Assembly (NCBI RefSeq): GCF_000092105.1
Contig: NC_014148.1
Span: 1,020,001-1,052,000 of the forward strand
Reading direction: 5' to 3'
DNA from: Planctopirus limnophila DSM 3776
GTDB taxonomy: Bacteria > Planctomycetota > Planctomycetia > Planctomycetales > Planctomycetaceae
DNA length: 32,000 nt
Positions 1-7,033 of this stretch are shown one piece after another. The position numbers and the translations under genes were made by a program. The first letter of the stretch is position 1; each line of letters starts with the position of its first letter. The notes under the pieces are model-generated. The model was not told the origin of the DNA. It was given only the letters and a program-made list of their open reading frames with translations, and searched no databases.

Positions 1-1082
1 CACCCGCCTATCAGGACGAAACCTTGCGGGCTCAACCACTTCAACCGGGAGAAGAGCGTCGGTTGGAGATTTTCTTTCCCGAGTTCCGCTCCATGGGTGT
101 GCTCGATCTGAAGGCCCGGGAAATGGTGCCGATCCTCAATCTCGACCGGCAGGAAAAGAATCTGCTGCGGGTGACCGCGCGGATTTCGCTCATCGAAGAT
201 TCCCCCATCACCGTCTATGTCGATCAGAACGGAGAAGCCATTGTGACCCGCATGGGGATCTTCGGCACCGAAATGTTCACCTACCTCGCCACCCGCGAGC
301 AGGCACTCCTCCCCATTGAAGGAACAGGCCCGGAAATCGGCAAACTCACGCTCATCAAGGCACAACTCCCCAAAGACTGGGCCACGCGTCAGTCACTCAC
401 GTACGAATTGAAACTTCCCGGCGATGACCTCGCACGCATCCTTTCCAGCGGGCCCGGCCAGACGATTGAAGTCATCGATCCTGAAACTGTGCGGGTCACC
501 GTCCAGTTGACTCCCTGGAGTCGCCCGCTCTCGACCAGCAATTTGCCACTCCCTGCGGACGATCTCTTTTTGAAAGGAACATCACTCCTGCAGATTGATG
601 ATCCTGCCGTCAAAAAACTGGCGACTGACGCCCTGGCCAGCCTGCCCCAAGAGAAGCGAAACGACTTACGCGAGCAGGCTTTGGCAATGAGCCGGTATGT
701 TCACAAGACCATCAGCACGAAAAATCTATCGACGGCATTGGCATCGGCTGCGGAAGTGGCCAAGAGCCGCTCTGGCGATTGCACAGAGCATGCCACCTTG
801 CTGGCGGCCATGCTGCGGGCACAAAAAATCCCTTCGCGATTTGTGATGGGGCTGGTCTACGTCCCTGATGAGTCCGCTTTCGGCCTGCATGCCTGGACCG
901 AAGCAAAGCTGGGAGACGACTGGTATCCCCTCGATTCGGTCGCAGCCAGCGGCCGCACGAGTGTGGCCCACTTACGAATGACAGCCGACTCCCTCGACGA
1001 ATCGGCCGGCGACCCAGTCCTGCGCATGGACATCTACGCCCGAAAGCTCCCGGGCCGCTTACAGGTGAAGGTGGTGCCGTAA
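1..1082 (+). CDS. Transglutaminase-like (Cys-His-Asp core) domain protein; 5' end lies outside the window
   Basis: Frame 3 is open from base 3. The track's M at 24 is a TTG, so the real start is probably upstream of the window. The C-terminal part shows the transglutaminase-core pattern SGDCTEHATLLAAMLRAQKIPSRFVMGLVY ... GLHAWTEA ... YPLDS, with Cys, His and Asp in the expected order. Stop TAA at 1080-1082. Confidence 0.75.
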   Translation, partial: PAYQDETLRAQPLQPGEERRLEIFFPEFRSMGVLDLKAREMVPILNLDRQEKNLLRVTARISLIEDSPITVYVDQNGEAIVTRMGIFGTEMFTYLATREQALLPIEGTGPEIGKLTLIKAQLPKDWATRQSLTYELKLPGDDLARILSSGPGQTIEVIDPETVRVTVQLTPWSRPLSTSNLPLPADDLFLKGTSLLQIDDPAVKKLATDALASLPQEKRNDLREQALAMSRYVHKTISTKNLSTALASAAEVAKSRSGDCTEHATLLAAMLRAQKIPSRFVMGLVYVPDESAFGLHAWTEAKLGDDWYPLDSVAASGRTSVAHLRMTADSLDESAGDPVLRMDIYARKLPGRLQVKVVP

Positions 1083-1310
1083 GGGCGATCGTAATCGTGC
1101 CACCATGACTGGAGTCATAAAGGGGAGATGGCGAGCTGAGCGGCTCAGAAGTTGCGCGACGTAGAGGTGTCTTTAGGCAGCGGCCCGCGGAAGCTGTGTT
1201 CACGGCGCGTGTCCAATTCGAGACAGCGGCTGACCCGAAGGACTTGGCGATGGGTGGCCAGTCCTGAACCTTGCGTAGCATGGCCACCTTGTGCTCCGAT
1301 TGAGCTTGGG

Positions 1311-1889
1311 TCAGGACGTAGAGGGAAGCCTCGCATAGATGCAGGAGTGGCGTAGTTGGCCGTCGGGGGATTGCATGGTGTTGTGTAGGACTCCCTCCAG
1401 GTGAAAGCCGCAGCGTTCGGCCAGTCGGCGTGAGCGGACGTTGGCCTCGTCCGTCACGAGTTCCACGCGCTTGGCTTTCATGCCGACTAGCGCCCAGTTC
1501 GTCAGCGCAAGGACGGCTTCGGTCGCGTAGCCTTTGCCAGCTTCGGAAGTACGGACCCAATACCCAACCTCTGTTCTGGGCAGAGACCAATCGGTGCGAT
1601 GCATCCCCGCCGAGGCGACCAGTCGCCCGGTGCTCCTGGAAAACGCCAGGTAGGGCAGGTCCGCGCGGATCAGGAAGTTGGCTTCCGCCCGGCGGCAGCG
1701 GGCCTCGGCAGTCTGAAGTGTCGGCTCCTCGGCGACCCACGGCAAGAACCACAAGTGCTCACGCAGCTCCGCGATGGACTCGAGCAGGGCCTCGTGGAGC
1801 TCAGGCGCATCAGATGTCCGGTAGGGGCGGAGCTCAAGACGCTCGGTTTCAAACAATAGAGGAACCGGGAAAAGCAGGGGATCGGCCAT
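1311..1889 (-). CDS. GNAT family N-acetyltransferase (RimJ/RimL-like)
   Basis: ATG at 1889, 192 aa. It has the N-terminal ETERLELRPYRTSDAPELHEAL and the central VGYWVRTSEAGKGYATEAVLALTNWAL segment typical of RimJ/RimL-type GNAT acetyltransferases. The gene sits in a patch that is visibly more GC-rich than its neighbours; long shadow ORFs on both strands reflect this. Confidence 0.85.
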   Translation of the reverse strand: MADPLLFPVPLLFETERLELRPYRTSDAPELHEALLESIAELREHLWFLPWVAEEPTLQTAEARCRRAEANFLIRADLPYLAFSRSTGRLVASAGMHRTDWSLPRTEVGYWVRTSEAGKGYATEAVLALTNWALVGMKAKRVELVTDEANVRSRRLAERCGFHLEGVLHNTMQSPDGQLRHSCIYARLPSTS

Positions 1890-1904
1890 GTGTGTTCCGA
1901 GGCC

Positions 1905-2152
1905 TAGCAGGTTTGCAAGTGCTGAAGTGCGTTAGATCGCTACCGCAGATTGGCGGCGTGGCAGGGACTTGTCAACATTTCGCTAGGCGGCCTGTGACCG
2001 GGAGGCAGTGGAGGTTGTGTTTGGAGCGAGTGCGATGTTTGAGTCGAGGTTTCTTGGATGAGGCCCTGCGATGGGTGGCTGACTCGCATCAAATTTTCTG
2101 TGGCCTTGCCAGCCCGGTAGAAATCGGAACTTCAACCGGGGCCACGCTGCGG
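1905..2152 (-). repeat. Intergenic direct repeat, copy A (~250 bp), paired with 3235-3495
   Basis: It aligns end to end with 3235-3495 in the same orientation. Two strongly conserved blocks are separated by a diverged segment with a 13-nt indel. It fills the gap between the stop at 2167 and the GNAT ATG at 1889. On the minus strand it carries TTGACA (1975-1970), a 17-nt spacer, then CAATCTGCGGTA (1952-1941). Confidence 0.9.
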
Positions 2153-2166
2153 ATCTGTTTAGCCCA

Positions 2167-2400
2167 TCAGCGAACCGACACCCATTGTTCATCGCCATTT
2201 TCGTCATACCGGCGTCGTTCTAATTGATCATTTGCCGTACGAAGATAGGCGACGTTTCGCACCGTTTCATTATCTGGATGGGAAATGACCCAATAGTAAT
2301 CCCAGTTTGAATCGGGGGATTTGTCGTCGCACCAGAGTTCAACGTGAGGATGTTCAGCGCAAAGTTGTGCGTAGGTCAAAGAATCCTCAATTCTCGACAT
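2167..2400 (-). CDS. Hypothetical small acidic Trp-rich protein (orphan)
   Basis: Minus-strand ORF. I prefer the internal ATG at 2400 (MSRIEDSLTYAQL..., 77 aa) because GGAG lies 6 nt upstream. The longest-ORF ATG at 2433 has no Shine-Dalgarno. No family recognised. Confidence 0.55.
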   Translation of the reverse strand: MSRIEDSLTYAQLCAEHPHVELWCDDKSPDSNWDYYWVISHPDNETVRNVAYLRTANDQLERRRYDENGDEQWVSVR

Positions 2401-2497
2401 CCTGTTCTCCAAACAACGAGTGATCACGATCATCTAGCTGTGGGGGAAAATTCTGTTTTGTAGGTCTAGCGGATTCCGGCCTGGATAGAATTCTCTG

Positions 2498-3217
2498 TTA
2501 TAGCATGTTTACGACGATGCCATTACGGATTGAGTATCTGCGGGCATCGAGTTCGGGTGATTCGGAGTATACGAAAAAATCATTCTGCGATTCTTTTGAC
2601 ATCTCGCACCCGACACTGATCGTAGATGTGCGCGAGTTATAGCGAGCACGGTGGATGCGGGAAGCACCTGATGATTCGATGGCAACCCAACTGATAGAGG
2701 GTTCAGGCTCACCCAGCGAATAGACGATCGTGGAGTCCTGTGATCGTAGAAAATGGATCAGAGATTCCGCGTCGTCATCGGATGCACCGTTATAAATCGG
2801 GTAATCAAATCCACGATCATCATGTCGAAAAACAGTTCGTATCCGCGACTTGGAGTCGTTCGATATTCCCGATGTTCGATTGGTTCGAATTGCAGCGGGA
2901 AGCAATTGTAGGTCTTGCAAAGTCTGCCAGGCAAATTCGTGCGAATCGGAAAAAGGAATCCAGACCTGACATTCGTTGGGGCAAATGACAAAGAAGACGT
3001 CGATAAGGAAAAGCTGGTCATCAATCCGTCCGTACCAGCGTCTTACGGGAGACGGGAAAGAATCTTCGTCAGGATTCTCTTTGTATGGCGACGGAATCTC
3101 CGAGTAGATGGAGTGGTCAACATCGAAGGCATAACACTGCCATTCGCGGCAGGTTCGTGGACGAGATTCGGCAATCTCAAAGAATTGTTCACGCTCAAGC
3201 CAGGTCAGTCGCCTCAT
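2498..3217 (-). CDS. Hypothetical protein (orphan, ~239 aa)
   Basis: The track start at 3256 is a TTG that lies inside the intergenic repeat. The first ATG is 3217 (MRRLTWLEREQFF...). It lies 60 nt from the repeat's CAATCT box, close to the 58-nt spacing upstream of the GNAT ATG. No family recognised; the coding call rests on ORF length and same-strand packing. Confidence 0.55.
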   Translation of the reverse strand: MRRLTWLEREQFFEIAESRPRTCREWQCYAFDVDHSIYSEIPSPYKENPDEDSFPSPVRRWYGRIDDQLFLIDVFFVICPNECQVWIPFSDSHEFAWQTLQDLQLLPAAIRTNRTSGISNDSKSRIRTVFRHDDRGFDYPIYNGASDDDAESLIHFLRSQDSTIVYSLGEPEPSISWVAIESSGASRIHRARYNSRTSTISVGCEMSKESQNDFFVYSESPELDARRYSIRNGIVVNML

Positions 3218-3234
3218 CGATTGGAACCCAAGGG

Positions 3235-3495
3235 ATATCAGGTTTTCGATTGCCAAAGTGCGTTGAAAGTTACCGCAGATTGGCGGTGTGGTAGGAACTT
3301 GTCAACATTTCGTTGGTTGCTGCTCCTTGAGTTCCTATGGCCAGTCGGCAGTGGAGATTGAATTTGGAATGTGTGCAATGTTTCCGTCGGGGTGACTTGT
3401 ATGAGGCCCTGCGATGGTTGGCTGACTCGCATCAAATTTCCTGCGGCCTTGCCACCCCGGTAGAAATCGGAATTTCAACCGAGGTCACCCTGCGA
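3235..3495 (-). repeat. Intergenic direct repeat, copy B (~260 bp), paired with 1905-2152
   Basis: Same element as 1905-2152. It fills the gap between the stop at 3514 and the start of the 2498-3217 gene. On the minus strand it carries TTGACA (3305-3300), a 17-nt spacer, then CAATCTGCGGTA (3282-3271). Confidence 0.9.
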
Positions 3496-3513
3496 AGCTT
3501 GTGTGTTGACTCT

Positions 3514-3885
3514 TTATTGAACGCCTCCCTGAAGATCGACAAGATCACCGATGACCTGAGGGTAATATCGCATGATATCGTCGCGAAATGTGTTTCGTAC
3601 ATCGGCGACTCCATCATGCCAGTCCTCGAAAAAGCCGGGACGATCCCAATCTGCGGGACCTGAGTATCGGCAGCCATCAACGTCTGTATGAATCCAGAAC
3701 TTTGGTTCATCCGCATTGAATATTTCAAACGCATCAATATCATGCAGTGTTGGCTCGCCGAACTGATTAACGATCCGGAACGTATCACACTCAATCGCAA
3801 GCACATCGTAGCTTCTGTCTTGCCGAAGCGAAGTTCGTTCATCTCGGCCATCCGGCCGAAGTGGGCGTGTGAGATAGACCTTCAT
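3514..3885 (-). CDS. Hypothetical small acidic Trp-rich protein (orphan)
   Basis: ATG at 3885, TAA at 3514-3516, 123 aa (e.g. FWIHTDVDGCRYSGPADWDRPGFFEDWHDG). No family recognised; the call rests on ORF length and co-orientation. Confidence 0.55.
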   Translation of the reverse strand: MKVYLTRPLRPDGRDERTSLRQDRSYDVLAIECDTFRIVNQFGEPTLHDIDAFEIFNADEPKFWIHTDVDGCRYSGPADWDRPGFFEDWHDGVADVRNTFRDDIMRYYPQVIGDLVDLQGGVQ

Positions 3886-3994
3886 GGGCTGTGCTTTACA
3901 GGCGAACGTCGAACATAATTCGCATAGTTAAGACGTATGGATTGGAATGCCAGCTGAATTCCAGGCTCCCCCGTCGATTCTTCTACTTGCACCA

Positions 3995-4023
3995 ACGGGG
4001 CACTCTGTAGCAGAGTGCCCCGT
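3995..4023 (-). terminator. Perfect 13-bp stem hairpin downstream of the sulfatase gene
   Basis: ACGGGGCACTCTG-tag-CAGAGTGCCCCGT lies 21 nt past the sulfatase stop (4044) on the minus strand. There is no strong T-run, so it is either an intrinsic terminator or an RNA-stabilising hairpin. Confidence 0.5.
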
Positions 4024-4043
4024 CATGGTCTTCTGTAGTCCCG

Positions 4044-5621
4044 TTACTTCCCGCTGGCACCGGCCTCGATCATCTTCTGGATTTTTTCCAGGTTGAATGA
4101 GCCGGGTGTCTGGCTGGGTGGATACTCCTTCATCGTCATCAGAAACTTGCCCGCCATCTGCTGCATCGGCGTGATCACAAAAACGCGGTCGAGGAACCAG
4201 TCGTTATAGGTGTTCGAATTGTGCTGTGAGCGCTCGAAGGGATCGCGGCGCAGATTGAACAACAGCGGCACACGCAGCTCGGTAAAGGGTTCTCGCCACA
4301 CGCCAAATGCCTCCCCCCGGTTCTCAAGAAACACAGCCTTCCATGCATCGTATCGCAGGGCGACAATCTGGCCGTCGTCATTCACATAGATAAATTCGTT
4401 CCGGGGCGATTGATCCGTCTTGCCGCCGAAGTAATCGAGCTGATTGTAGCCATCCACATAGTTGCGGTATTTGCGGCCGTTGAGTTCGACCCCTTGTGCG
4501 AGCTTTTGCTTGATATCGCTGGCACCAGCGGCGGCAGCCAGTGTGGGGAGCCAGTCTTCGTGAGAGACGATGCCATTCAGTGTTTTGCCTGCCGGAAACC
4601 GGCCTGGCCAGCGCACGAAACAGGGGACACGGTAAGCACCTTCCCAGTTCGAGTTTTTCTCGCTGCGGAAAGGCGTCGTGCCCGCATCCGGCCAGGTGTT
4701 GTAGTGCGGGCCGTTATCCGTGGAATACATGACGATCGTGTCTTTGGCGAGCCCCAGTTCATCGAGCAGTTTGAGCAATTCGCCCACGTGACCATCGTGC
4801 TCGATCATGCCATCGGTGTATTCGTCATTTCCCGGATGACGGTTCTCTTTCTTGACATGTGTGCGGAAGTGCATTCGTGTGCCGTTCCACCAGCAGAAGA
4901 AGGGCTGGTCGGCATTTTTCTGGCGGGTGATAAAGTCCTTAGCGGCCGCCACGGTTTCTTCGTCGATGGTCTCCATGCGCTTTTTGGTCAATGGGCCAGT
5001 GTCCTCGATTGTCTGACCACCCTTGCCATCGGCTTTGCTGCGAATAATGCCGCGTGGCCCGTAGTTCTCGATGAAAGTCTTGCCATTGGCCATCCTCATG
5101 TTGGTGGGATAATCCTCATTCTCCGGTTCCTCCTGAGCGTTCAGGTGGTAGAGGTTTCCGAAGAACTCGTCGAAGCCATGCATTGTGGGAAGATGCTCGT
5201 CGCGATCGCCCTGGTGATTCTTACCAAACTGACCTGTCGCGTAGCCTTGTGACTTCAGGACGGTCGCGATGGTCACGTCGGTCTTCTGCCAGCCTTCTTT
5301 CGCTCCGGGCAGACCCACCTTGGTCATGCCAGTGCGGACAGGGACGTTGCCTCCCAGAAAAGCAGCGCGGCCCGCCGTACAACTTTGCTGACCGTAATAA
5401 TCGGTGAAGGCCAGTCCTTCTTTGCCCAGTCGATCGATATTCGGCGTCTGGTAGCCCATCATGCCGCGGCTGTTGTGGCTGATATTCCAGGTGCCGATAT
5501 CGTCGCCCCAGATGACCAGAATGTTGGGCTTCCTGGTTTGGGCCAGCGCTACTCCCGTGTGAGCCACGAGAACAAGCGCAACAGCGAGCATGGAAAGCCA
5601 CCGGCTTCCTTTGAGAAACAT
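4044..5621 (-). CDS. Secreted arylsulfatase (formylglycine-dependent sulfatase family)
   Basis: The track start 5651 is TTG. The ATG at 5621 is preceded by AAGGA and gives the signal peptide MFLKGSRWLSMLAVALVLVAHTGVALAQ. Family evidence is PNILVIWGDDIG, the sulfatase signature SCTAGRAAFLGG (a C-x-A-x-R variant of the formylglycine motif), GKNHQGD, and a typical length. Confidence 0.9.
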   Translation of the reverse strand: MFLKGSRWLSMLAVALVLVAHTGVALAQTRKPNILVIWGDDIGTWNISHNSRGMMGYQTPNIDRLGKEGLAFTDYYGQQSCTAGRAAFLGGNVPVRTGMTKVGLPGAKEGWQKTDVTIATVLKSQGYATGQFGKNHQGDRDEHLPTMHGFDEFFGNLYHLNAQEEPENEDYPTNMRMANGKTFIENYGPRGIIRSKADGKGGQTIEDTGPLTKKRMETIDEETVAAAKDFITRQKNADQPFFCWWNGTRMHFRTHVKKENRHPGNDEYTDGMIEHDGHVGELLKLLDELGLAKDTIVMYSTDNGPHYNTWPDAGTTPFRSEKNSNWEGAYRVPCFVRWPGRFPAGKTLNGIVSHEDWLPTLAAAAGASDIKQKLAQGVELNGRKYRNYVDGYNQLDYFGGKTDQSPRNEFIYVNDDGQIVALRYDAWKAVFLENRGEAFGVWREPFTELRVPLLFNLRRDPFERSQHNSNTYNDWFLDRVFVITPMQQMAGKFLMTMKEYPPSQTPGSFNLEKIQKMIEAGASGK

Positions 5622-5754
5622 CGTCGATCCTTTCGTTGGAATGGTTGGCAATTAGCCCAGCAGACCTGCATCGGACGATCGTCTCATGCAATAGGCAGGG
5701 CGGCTTATCGATTGGGCTGCAATGATTGGACTGGCACAGGACAGGAGCATTTTT

Positions 5755-5796
5755 CCGCAGATTGTTCAGTGCGGCGCGGCAATGTCAAACTATTTG
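5755..5796 (-). repeat. Partial third copy of the core of the 1905/3235 repeat (promoter-like box)
   Basis: CCGCAGATTG(ttcagt)GCGGCGCGGCAaTGTCAAaCtATTTG matches the CCGCAGATTGGCGGCGTGGCAgggacTTGTCAACATTTCG core of copies A and B. On the minus strand it reads TTGACA (5788-5783), 18 nt, then CAATCTGCGG (5764-5755). It lies 138 nt upstream of the sulfatase ATG. Confidence 0.45.
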
Positions 5797-6016
5797 TTTC
5801 TAAGACGCAGCGAGACTCTTGCCCATTTGACTTACCAGAAAACGAAAAACCCCTTCGGCAGGATGGCCCAGACGTTGCTTTGGGCGTCTGGGTTCGTCAG
5901 AACAGGAAACCATTCATTACAACAGACAGCGACTGCCGTAGCGTCGAGCCGTTGGAATTTATGTTGGTGAAGCGTCTCGACGAACATCTTTGGAAACGGC
6001 ATTCCACTGAGGCTGG

Positions 6017-6412
6017 CTATTTTTTTTCCTCGCGGCCCAGGCCGAGGCCCTTTTTTATGCCTTTGATCGCGCCACTTGCAGCACCACCAGCAACGCCTTC
6101 CGTCACTTTTTTCGCCTCTTCAGCGACGGAACTCTCCCCGTGCCGTTTGGAGCGGGTGACGACAATGTCGTCAGAGTTTTTGGGGAGGCCGTCCGGGCCG
6201 TTGGACCTCACCTCAAGTGTGTAGTTGAGGACCCCTTTCTCAATCGATGTGGACAATGGGCGACCGTAACTGTCCATGGCCGATGTGTTAAAGTCTTTAC
6301 CGCCTTCCCAGCGATCGGCCTCTGTATTGAGAACAGACAAGGTGCGTTCGTAGGCACTCGGCCCACAGCCAGAGATCATCATCACACCTAACACGGCAAA
6401 CGAACGCCACAT
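6017..6412 (-). CDS. Small lipoprotein, function unknown
   Basis: ATG at 6412. MWRSFAVLGVMMISGC is a signal peptide plus lipobox (ISG|C). The C-terminal tail is Gly/Lys-rich. 131 aa. Confidence 0.6.
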   Translation of the reverse strand: MWRSFAVLGVMMISGCGPSAYERTLSVLNTEADRWEGGKDFNTSAMDSYGRPLSTSIEKGVLNYTLEVRSNGPDGLPKNSDDIVVTRSKRHGESSVAEEAKKVTEGVAGGAASGAIKGIKKGLGLGREEKK

Positions 6413-6959
6413 TGTGATTAACTCTCCTGATGAATCCGCTAAGTTTCAATGAAACACGAAACCTTGCACAACAGCAGACCGCATATGCCATAAGCTCGGG
6501 CTATTCAAGTCTGTGTTGGTGAACGGGCACGACAAACACGAATTGTAACGCCAATCAACAGATGATGGCCAACCGTTTTTCTCGCATCAGGACTTATCGG
6601 CACAGACTCAGGGGAATCGAGCGAGTTCCAAGGTTCGATGCTTCTTGCTCGCTATGCGGCGGTCGGGTCACTTTTGCGGAAACTGGCCGGCAATGTGAGC
6701 ACGCAGCGTCTTTCTCGTTGGCTTTCCTGTACCTTACGGCACCTAGACCTCCAGAGCGGCGTCTGGGTCACTCCTGCGAGAAGGGCTTTGGCCGCGGGAC
6801 ACGCGGAGGGTGGGGCTTCTTGTGCCTGCGGCACCCGGCCACGAGTTGGCCTGGCCACCCTTTCACGAATGATTGACAGTGTTGTAGGGTGCCGCACACA
6901 GGCACGGCACATAGCCGGATTTTGGATCCGGTGTGCCAGCCAAATTGTCCTTCAAACGA

Positions 6960-7005
6960 AAAACCCCTTCGGCGAGTTGATCGCAGCGAAGGGGTTTTGT
7001 TTTTC
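6960..7005 (-). terminator. Rho-independent terminator after tRNA-Leu (bidirectional shape)
   Basis: The 12-bp stem AAAACCCCTTCG ... CGAAGGGGTTTT is flanked by T-runs on both strands. On the minus strand the stem is followed by TTTTTCGTTTG. It lies 30-75 nt downstream of the tRNA 3' end. Confidence 0.7.
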
Positions 7006-7033
7006 AAGGTCAACTGTCAGCCAGCACTGCAAT

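Noticed and set aside
712-2227. Long ORFs 712..1752 (-), 1430..2227 (+), 1152..1355 (+) and others overlapping the transglutaminase and GNAT genes
   Set aside because: They are Arg/Pro/Gly/Ser-rich translations in alternative frames of clearly recognisable genes, within a GC-rich patch. These are classic stop-poor shadow ORFs.
1905-3495. Integron gene-cassette array, with the 250-bp repeats acting as attC sites
   Set aside because: The repeats are about twice the length of known attC sites. I cannot find the RYYYAAC ... GTTRRRY pair in the right order with internal L'/L'' symmetry; only a lone GTTAGAT appears in copy A, and it is not conserved in copy B. No long imperfect palindrome is present and no intI-like integrase is in the window. 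A CALIN cannot be excluded without running IntegronFinder, but the sequence does not support it.
4175-6224. ORFs 4410..5252 (+), 5385..6224 (+), 5221..5691 (-) and smaller ones overlapping the sulfatase and its upstream region
   Set aside because: They lie antisense or out of frame to a sulfatase gene with strong family motifs. Their compositions are not protein-like, and 5385..6224 would run through the sulfatase start, an intergenic region and the lipoprotein gene.
6880-6950. A second tRNA gene next to tRNA-Leu
   Set aside because: Only an anticodon-arm look-alike is present. There is no T-arm (GGTTCGA-type), no acceptor stem pairing, and the loop has C instead of the invariant U33. At most it is a decayed fragment.
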